A stretch of DNA of 64,000 nucleotides from positions 1 through 64,000 of the forward strand of contig JBMYOQ010000002.1 in assembly GCA_049599475.1 (NCBI GenBank), given 5' to 3'. This document shows, piece by piece, positions 57,460-64,000 of the stretch (the stretch's first letter is position 1; the number at the start of each line of letters is the position of its first letter). This DNA comes from Opitutales bacterium (GTDB lineage Bacteria; Verrucomicrobiota; Verrucomicrobiia; Opitutales; JABSRG01). The notes under the pieces were generated by a model that saw only the letters and a list, made by a program, of their open reading frames with translations, did no database searches and was not told the DNA's origin. A program made the translations under genes and the position numbers.

Positions 57460-58976
57460 TTTGGTTATTATCCTCTATCTTAATTCCTGCATTGGGAGCA
57501 ATTTTCTGCCTTTCGACGAGCAATCGTCCACGGGCCAATCAGGCAATGGGTGTTGCTACGTCAGTGCTCCTATTGATCTCATCGGTATTTTTACTAATTG
57601 AGGTTCAGAAGCATGGCTATGTTGCTACTCAACCCGGTGCCTGGGAGGCTCCCTTCGGGATCACTCTGGTCGCAGATTTATTCAGTGCAGCCATGGTACT
57701 GATCACGGCGATCGTTGCTGTCGCTGTTGCCATATACTCGTTGCGGGATATCGGCGAAGACCTAGTGCGTAAACACTACTATGCCTTGTTCCTCCTGCTG
57801 ATAACTGGTGTGAATGGGTCGTTCATCACCGGTGACCTCTTCAACCTGTATGTATGGTTTGAGGTCATGCTCTTATCATCCTTTGTGCTTATAACGCTCG
57901 GTGGCACGCGTGCCCAATTCGAAGGAGGAGTGAAGTACCTCGTAATAAATTTGTTGTCATCGATATTGTTCCTGGGAGGCGTCGGCCTGATATACGGGAA
58001 GCTCGGCACTTTGAATATGGCGGAAATCGCTCTACTTATGGAGCAGTCCGAAGATGCATTTTTGATCAACAGTAGTGCTATGCTCTTGCTCTCGGCTTTT
58101 GGCGTGAAGGCTGCGATGTTCCCATTCTTCTTCTGGCTGCCCGCATCCTATCATACGCCGAATGTTGTAATATCGGCTTTGTTCGCCGGGTTGCTCACTA
58201 AGGTAGGGGTTTACGCACTGATTCGTACGTATACACTGATGTTTCACAGCCAATTTGAAGTCGTGCAAGAGATCTTACTTTTCTTGGCTGGGGCTACCAT
58301 GGTTACAGGGGTTCTGGGAGCGGCAGCTCAATACGAAATTCGTAAGATTCTCTCGTTTCACATCATTAGTCAGATTGGCTACATGGTAATGGGACTGGCG
58401 ATTGGGAGTAGCCTGGCGCTTGCTGGTGCGATCTTTTACACCCTGCACCATATTATCGTTAAAACGAACCTGTTCCTCCTCGGAGGCATCATCATGCGTC
58501 GTTGTGGCACTGCTGACCTGAAGGCCATTGGTGGACTTTACAAATGGGCTCCTGGGTTGGCTTTGCTCTTTTTTATTCCTGCATTTTCGCTGGGCGGCAT
58601 TCCTCCCTTGTCTGGATTTTGGGCAAAATTTAGCGTGATCAAAGCTGGTCTTGAGGAAAGTCATTATATTTTGGTGACAGTGGCTTTGCTCGTCGGCGTG
58701 CTGACGCTTTACTCCATGACCAAAATTTGGGCTGAGGCCTTCTGGAAAAAATCTCCCGACGGAGCGAAAGAGATCAGCGCGACTGACGGAAGAGAGATAT
58801 CCTTATTGGGGCCGTGTATAGCTCTCGCGGTTATCACGGTTGGAATCGGGCTTTGGAGCGCACCCCTGTTCGAGCTGGCCGAGTCTGCGAGCGCACAGTT
58901 GGAGAATCCCCAAGCATATATTAACTACGTATTGAACCCTTCAGAATCAGAGAGTTATGCGAGCATTCATCCTTAG
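57456..58976 (+). CDS. mrpD: Mrp subunit D
   Basis: GDLFNLYVWFEV, WLPASY, LTKVGVYAL, PPLSGFWAK. Confidence 0.96.
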   Translation: MIWLLSSILIPALGAIFCLSTSNRPRANQAMGVATSVLLLISSVFLLIEVQKHGYVATQPGAWEAPFGITLVADLFSAAMVLITAIVAVAVAIYSLRDIGEDLVRKHYYALFLLLITGVNGSFITGDLFNLYVWFEVMLLSSFVLITLGGTRAQFEGGVKYLVINLLSSILFLGGVGLIYGKLGTLNMAEIALLMEQSEDAFLINSSAMLLLSAFGVKAAMFPFFFWLPASYHTPNVVISALFAGLLTKVGVYALIRTYTLMFHSQFEVVQEILLFLAGATMVTGVLGAAAQYEIRKILSFHIISQIGYMVMGLAIGSSLALAGAIFYTLHHIIVKTNLFLLGGIIMRRCGTADLKAIGGLYKWAPGLALLFFIPAFSLGGIPPLSGFWAKFSVIKAGLEESHYILVTVALLVGVLTLYSMTKIWAEAFWKKSPDGAKEISATDGREISLLGPCIALAVITVGIGLWSAPLFELAESASAQLENPQAYINYVLNPSESESYASIHP

Positions 58977-59292
58977 ATTATTTCACATAGTGGAGTTTTC
59001 CATAGTCTATATTGGAGAGGTCCTGAAAAGTAACTTCGAAGTCGCCTACGACGTGTTGACGCCTGTCGACCGTATGAAGCCTGCGATGATCAAGGTCGAC
59101 GTCGAAGGCCTCTCAGATCGCGAACTATTGGCATTCTCTAATTTGATAACAATGACTCCCGGAACGCTTAGTGTGGATGTGTGTGAGGAACGAAAGTCTA
59201 TCCTCGTCCACGCAATGTATTCTGAAAATCCCAAGGAGCTCGCTCAGGACATTAATGAAACCCTCAGAAAAAGGATAGCTCATGTTTTTTGA
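58957..59292 (+). CDS. mrpE: Mrp subunit E
   Basis: ITMTPGTL...LVH. Confidence 0.93.
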   Translation: MRAFILRLFHIVEFSIVYIGEVLKSNFEVAYDVLTPVDRMKPAMIKVDVEGLSDRELLAFSNLITMTPGTLSVDVCEERKSILVHAMYSENPKELAQDINETLRKRIAHVF

Positions 59293-59572
59293 TATTCCTC
59301 AATTACCGGATGCCTTGATTGTCGCGATACAATCAATTTTGGGATTGGCGATGTTCCTGTGTCTTTGGCGTTTAGTAAAAGGCCCTTCGATTTTGGATCG
59401 CATCGTTGCTCTAGATTTACTCGCGGCACTGATAATGGCTCAACTCATCCCGCTGGTCTTAGTGAGTGGCTTTGTGTCCTTCCTAAATGTAGCTGTGGCT
59501 ATCGCAGTGATCAGCTTCATCGCAACAGTCGCTTTGGCTCGCTATTTAGAACATTCTAAAGATCTCGAATAA
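59282..59572 (+). CDS. mrpF: Mrp subunit F
   Basis: GPSILDRIVALD. Confidence 0.93.
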   Translation: MFFDIPQLPDALIVAIQSILGLAMFLCLWRLVKGPSILDRIVALDLLAALIMAQLIPLVLVSGFVSFLNVAVAIAVISFIATVALARYLEHSKDLE

Positions 59573-59934
59573 TGATATACGTAGCATCCTTTTTTCTACT
59601 ACTTGGCAGTATCTTCGCGCTGATTGCAGCGATTGGTGTCGTGCGCATGCCGGACTTGTATTGCAGAATGCATGCGGCTACCAAAGCAGGCGCCTTTGGA
59701 GTGAGCCTCATGTTATTAGGGGTTGTTCTCCTAATGCCTTCATTGCGTATTATTATTCAGAGTGTAATGATTGTGGCCTTCTTTTACATGACGGCTCCAC
59801 TGGCAGGTCATATGATCGGGCGGGTTGCTCTCAAAAAGAAATTGCCGATGTGGCAACCGATAGAAGTGAAGTCACTGCGCAATCAAACTCCGAAAGAAAA
59901 TTTGTCACTCTTGAGTGAGAGAGATCGCGTTTGA
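59572..59934 (+). CDS. mrpG: Mrp subunit G
   Basis: RMPDLYCRMHAATK, TAPLAGH. Confidence 0.94.
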   Translation: MIYVASFFLLLGSIFALIAAIGVVRMPDLYCRMHAATKAGAFGVSLMLLGVVLLMPSLRIIIQSVMIVAFFYMTAPLAGHMIGRVALKKKLPMWQPIEVKSLRNQTPKENLSLLSERDRV

Positions 59935-59964
59935 ACCGTATATGGCTTCTCGAAGGCGCTAGAG

Positions 59965-60043
59965 AGGGCGAACCGTCTCGGTAGCCAGCACCATTTAAGT
60001 CTTTCCTAGGCCCTCGATCGGCTCACCAGGGATAGTTCGCCCT
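59965..60043. repeat. REP-like inverted doublet between convergent genes
   Basis: agggcgaaccgtctcggtagcc versus the reverse complement of the right arm, agggcgaactatccctggtgagcc. Confidence 0.7.
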
Positions 60044-60129
60044 GCCATTTGCGGAGATAATTTTGAGAAAGGGGTTAATGCGCGAGGCGAATATCAGGTT
60101 GATATCCTCTTCGCGCTGATGGCCTTGGC

Positions 60130-61023
60130 TTATTTTTGAAGCCGAGATTTCAACTCCTCGAGGCGGTCTTGTATTTCTGATACCAATTGCTCCGATGGGC
60201 TGTTTTGCACACTCTCTTCGCTGTTTGGCTTCGTTTCGGCTTTTGCGTCGGCCAAAGATTCCACCATCACTCCGATGAATAGGTTTATCATTACTAGGGC
60301 GCCCACCATGACGAAGGACACGAAATAAATAACGGCCCATATGCCAAATGCATGTGGATCGGGTCCTACCGGAATGGCCCCTTGCGCGTTGTAGACATCG
60401 GAGCCCAACATTCCGGTGTACATAACATCTGTCCAGTCCTCAAGAGTGACAATGCGAAATAGGGTAAGCAGCGCGAGTCCCAGGTCTCCGAAGTGGCCGG
60501 GATCGTTGCCACGGAAGAAATTCACCCCGATTACCGCATATACGTAGAAATGCATGCTCAAAAGGATCACCACATAACCTAGGGACGGGAGGCTGTGAAG
60601 CAGTGCGATGACGAGCTTCTGCAGCTTGGGTATCTGGGTGATGAGTCTCAATACACGTAAGATCCGGAAAAGCCGCAACACGGCGACCCAGCTCCCGGAG
60701 CTCGGGATTAAGCATATCGCAACAATCAGGAAATCGAAGCAATTCCAGCCGCTCTTAAAATAGGCCTGAGGGCGGGGGAATAGGGCGAGCATTTTGATTA
60801 CAACCTCAGCAGCAAAGATTCCGAGTACCAGTTTATCAAGGAACAGGATGATGTTCCCGTAATTTTCCATGATCGTCGGAGAAGTCTCGAGGCCCACCAA
60901 AACGCCGGCAAAAACGATTACAGCAAGAATCGATCGTTCAAAGGCCGGGTGGGTGGTCAGCTTTTGGCATATGCTGAACAGGTTTGCTTTCTTCTCTTCA
61001 GTCTTGTTTGCTTCGGAATCCAT
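60130..61023 (-). CDS. Prokaryotic voltage-gated cation channel (BacNav family)
   Basis: WNCFDF, S4 RLFRILRVLR, pore TLEDWTD, INLFIG, C-terminal coiled coil. Confidence 0.93.
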   Translation of the reverse strand: MDSEANKTEEKKANLFSICQKLTTHPAFERSILAVIVFAGVLVGLETSPTIMENYGNIILFLDKLVLGIFAAEVVIKMLALFPRPQAYFKSGWNCFDFLIVAICLIPSSGSWVAVLRLFRILRVLRLITQIPKLQKLVIALLHSLPSLGYVVILLSMHFYVYAVIGVNFFRGNDPGHFGDLGLALLTLFRIVTLEDWTDVMYTGMLGSDVYNAQGAIPVGPDPHAFGIWAVIYFVSFVMVGALVMINLFIGVMVESLADAKAETKPNSEESVQNSPSEQLVSEIQDRLEELKSRLQK

Positions 61024-61061
61024 AGGGGTCTTTACGCTCGATTAATGAACGAGGGCGCAGG

Positions 61062-61706
61062 TCAGAGTAACTCTATGAGAATAACCTGAACACATCCCAC
61101 CACGAACCCCAAAACGGCTCCAATACGCTCAATGGTTCTAAACTCTTTGCGTGCGACTTCCATGACAATAGATTCGAGCTTATCTAGCTCAAAGGCTTCG
61201 ATGCGTTCCTGGATAAGGGAGCGCACGTCGAAGTGATTTTCAAAGTTTCCGGCGATTTTTTCCATGAGTTTCGGAGTCTCGTTGCCGATTTCTTCATGTG
61301 CCATTTTTTCCAGGGATTCCACGGCGGACTCGTTGATGAAATTCCCGACAAGCGGTAGGGTTTGCAAGCGAGGAGCCAGGCGGTCTCGAATAAGCGTAGA
61401 AATCGCGACTTTGAGCTGAGGAGCTACGTCAATATTTGCCAGAGTATCGCGGATCTTATGGTTACTGATCAGTTCCCGTTCGATGATCTCGGCAGCCTGT
61501 TTGGCGAGCGCTGGCTGTCGCTTGGGGATCAGGCCTTGCCAGGTGAAAATGCCCAGGATTTTCAGCGGTCTCTGAGGGCGGAAGAGCATTTTGATCGCTA
61601 CCCAGTTGGTGAGCCAGCCAATGAAAGCGGTGATAAACGGGATGGAAAAGATGACTATAGTTTTAGCGTCCACGGTTATTGCAAAGTGTAGGAGGAAGCG
61701 TTCCAT
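61062..61706 (-). CDS. DUF445-family membrane protein (start uncertain)
   Basis: IGWLTNWVAIKMLFRP, QGLIPKR, IERIGAVLGFVVG. Confidence 0.88.
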   Translation of the reverse strand: MERFLLHFAITVDAKTIVIFSIPFITAFIGWLTNWVAIKMLFRPQRPLKILGIFTWQGLIPKRQPALAKQAAEIIERELISNHKIRDTLANIDVAPQLKVAISTLIRDRLAPRLQTLPLVGNFINESAVESLEKMAHEEIGNETPKLMEKIAGNFENHFDVRSLIQERIEAFELDKLESIVMEVARKEFRTIERIGAVLGFVVGCVQVILIELL

Positions 61707-61716
61707 AAGGGTGTCT

Positions 61717-62748
61717 ATGTCTGGTGAATCAACGCAAAAGTGGGGTAATGGTTTGGTCGAGTTGCGACCAGCCGGGTTATTTTGTCCCCTCGGCAATTTC
61801 TACATAGATCCGTGGAAGCGTGTAGATAAGGCGCTTATCACACATGCGCATTCCGATCATGCTCGAGCCGGTTCGGAGGCGTATTTGACGGCGCAGCCGG
61901 GCGTCGGAGTCCTCTCTGAACGTGTAGGGAAAAAGTCGGTGATCCAAGGTATTCCCTATGGGGAAATGCTGCGGGTCGGCGACGTGGAGGTAAGTTTTCA
62001 TCCGGCGGGCCATGTTCTCGGAAGCGGTCAGATTAGGATCGAGCACAGTGGACGCGTAACAGTTGTGACTGGTGACTATAAGCGACATGAGGATTCGAGT
62101 TGTCACACAATGGAGCCTGTAAAATGCGATACCTTTATCACTGAATGCACCTTTGGCCTTCCTATTTTTCGTTGGCCGAATCCCAGGGAAGTTTTTCGAG
62201 AAATGAACGCCTGGTGGCGTTTGAATCAGCAGCAAGGCCGAACCAGTGTGATGTACGTCTATTCTCTGGGAAAGGCCCAGCGGGTATTGGCGGGTATTGA
62301 TTCGGAAATCGGTCCGATAGTCGTCCATCGCAATATCAAGAATTTCTTGCCGCACTACGAGGCCGAGGGCTTTGCTATGCCGGAAGTCTCGGCGGTATCC
62401 GTGGAAAACGTAAAACGAGTAAGAGGATCAGGGCTGATCCTTGTCCCAGGAGCCGCTCAGGATGCGGTATGGAGCAAGCATGCCGGTGACATCTCAGATT
62501 CAAGTGCGTCGGGTTGGATGAGAGTGCGAGGAATGCGGCGCTGGAATGCCTATGATCGGGGCTTTGTGCTATCCGATCACGTAGATTGGGATGGGTTGAT
62601 GCAGACGATCAAAGATACTGAGGCTGAGCATATTGGAGCGACTCATGGCTATACCGAGGAGGTTGTTCGCTTCCTGCGAGAGGCGGGACGCGATGCTTTT
62701 GAGGTACCGACTCGGTTTGTGGGGGATTCTTTGAAGGATGAAGGATGA
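61717..62748 (+). CDS. Ligase-associated DNA damage response exonuclease (MBL/beta-CASP)
   Basis: ITHAHSDHAR, PAGHVLGS, TECTFGLP, YSLGKAQR, LSDHVDW. Confidence 0.92.
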   Translation: MSGESTQKWGNGLVELRPAGLFCPLGNFYIDPWKRVDKALITHAHSDHARAGSEAYLTAQPGVGVLSERVGKKSVIQGIPYGEMLRVGDVEVSFHPAGHVLGSGQIRIEHSGRVTVVTGDYKRHEDSSCHTMEPVKCDTFITECTFGLPIFRWPNPREVFREMNAWWRLNQQQGRTSVMYVYSLGKAQRVLAGIDSEIGPIVVHRNIKNFLPHYEAEGFAMPEVSAVSVENVKRVRGSGLILVPGAAQDAVWSKHAGDISDSSASGWMRVRGMRRWNAYDRGFVLSDHVDWDGLMQTIKDTEAEHIGATHGYTEEVVRFLREAGRDAFEVPTRFVGDSLKDEG

Positions 62749-62749
62749 A
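62732..62749. repeat. (GATGAAG)n heptamer tract containing the exonuclease stop codon
   Basis: tgaaggatgaaggatgaa. Confidence 0.65.
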
Positions 62750-62888
62750 ATGCGTAAATGCTGCTGGTGATGCTGGAGAATCGTTCTATCGTTTGCGGTT
62801 AAAGGCCTTGACGCGGAACCCATTCAAAATTCTAACTGCGCTCGTGCTTGCATTTGGAGGGTAATGGGGGCATTATTCTTGGTTTTTC

Positions 62889-63851
62889 ATGTCTGAATTT
62901 GACCAACAGAGCTTCGCTAAACGCGATTTGAGCAAGATCTATGACGCTTCATTCACTAGCAATGATAGCTATCGGGACACATTGCCTGACCCTCAGAATA
63001 CAGAGGCGCCCTTCGGCTTAAACACCGATGTCGAAGTCAAACACGTGGGCATCTCGAATTTCAAATTGCCACTGAAAATTCGTGTCGCAGATGGCTCTGC
63101 ACAGACCGTCGAGGCATCTATGATCGGAACTGTTCCGTGTGCTTCGGGACGTCGTGGTATCAATATGGGGCGCATCATGCGTGTTTTCTACCGCTACCGC
63201 GACCAAGTCTTTACTCCTCAGCTTCTGGAAAGCGTTCTCAAAGATTATTGCGAAGAATTGAGTGCAGACTCAGCTCGGCTGAAAATCAGTTTTTCATACC
63301 CGATGATCCTACCGGCGCTGCGGAGCGGATTGGAGGGCTATCAATTCTACAAGTGTTCGTATGAAGGTAGATACTCGCGAGACAAGGGGTGTGAATTGCG
63401 AGTGGAGTTTGATTTTGTCTACTCGTCTGCGTGCCCTTGCTCAGCTGACCTTTCTGAACATGCGGAGGATACGCGAGAAGCCTATGCGGTGCCTCATTCT
63501 CAGCGAAGTAAGGCCCGTGTATGGAGTGTGATTGAGTCAGGTCATTCACTCACTTTGGAAGATTTACAGGCTATCTGTGTCGAAGCCTTAAAGACTGAAA
63601 CTCAAGTCATGGTGCGTCGCGAAGACGAACAAGCTTTCGCCGAGCTAAACGGAGCCAACTTGAAGTTCGTCGAGGACGCAGCTCGCCTCCTACATCAGGG
63701 CTTGGACGCACATCCTTCGATTGCAGATTTTCAGGTAGCGTGTGCTCACCTGGAGTCTTTGCACTCTCATGATGCTGTAGCCGTGATGGTGAAAGGAATC
63801 GATGGCGGGTATGATGGCGATTTTGATGCTTTCCAAGATCTGATTGTTTGA
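62889..63851 (+). CDS. folE2: GTP cyclohydrolase IB
   Basis: RGINMGR, SSACPCS, PHSQRS, FVEDAAR, ESLHSHDA. Confidence 0.95.
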   Translation: MSEFDQQSFAKRDLSKIYDASFTSNDSYRDTLPDPQNTEAPFGLNTDVEVKHVGISNFKLPLKIRVADGSAQTVEASMIGTVPCASGRRGINMGRIMRVFYRYRDQVFTPQLLESVLKDYCEELSADSARLKISFSYPMILPALRSGLEGYQFYKCSYEGRYSRDKGCELRVEFDFVYSSACPCSADLSEHAEDTREAYAVPHSQRSKARVWSVIESGHSLTLEDLQAICVEALKTETQVMVRREDEQAFAELNGANLKFVEDAARLLHQGLDAHPSIADFQVACAHLESLHSHDAVAVMVKGIDGGYDGDFDAFQDLIV

Positions 63852-63930
63852 CGATATTTGTCAAAAATGTAGCAAACTTAAGAAACTGTGAAACACGGGC
63901 CCTATTCCTGCGTTATGTATATGCAAAGTA

Positions 63931-64000
63931 ATGAGCCCTCCCGCACAGTCAGAATTGGAAGTTTTCGATGTCGTCGATGCGAACGACGTTGTGATCGGTA
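63931..64000 (+). CDS. Partial ORF, probable NUDIX hydrolase N-terminus (runs off the window)
   Basis: MSPPAQSELEVFDVVDANDVVIG. Confidence 0.6.
   Translation, partial: MSPPAQSELEVFDVVDANDVVIG

Overview
Bacterial chromosomal window, most consistent with a Verrucomicrobiota (Opitutales-like) genome; this taxonomy is an inference from gene content and was not tested. Housekeeping blocks: lptD-scpA-trxA, glgB, recN, a troABCD metal ABC operon whose first permease is fused to a DtxR-family repressor, a convergent feoAB with a small Cys-rich partner, a pspF/pspABC regulon, hisI, a fatty acid desaturase, ubiE, a ClpX-like ATPase, HU, hisS and sppA. The right end holds a Na+ homeostasis cluster (antiporter, wHTH regulator, USP, mrpA-G, BacNav-type channel), a ligase-associated exonuclease and folE2. 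The accessory block at about 33.4-51.1 kb has two parts. The first is an AT-rich Wzx/Wzy polysaccharide locus with an unusual aldolase/CMP-transferase/HAD (ulosonic-acid-like) module and two sulfotransferases. The second is an EpsI-family gene followed by a same-strand array of four toxin-antitoxin-like modules: two nucleotidyltransferase plus small-protein pairs, a hicBA pseudogene pair missed by the ORF track, and vapBC. The modules are interleaved with short-period tandem and inverted repeats, a diverged second copy of the epsI 5' end, and ~55 bp TG...CA inverted repeats. No rRNA, tRNA, CRISPR array, integrase or transposase was recognised. All calls come from reading sequence motifs by eye; no database searches were run.
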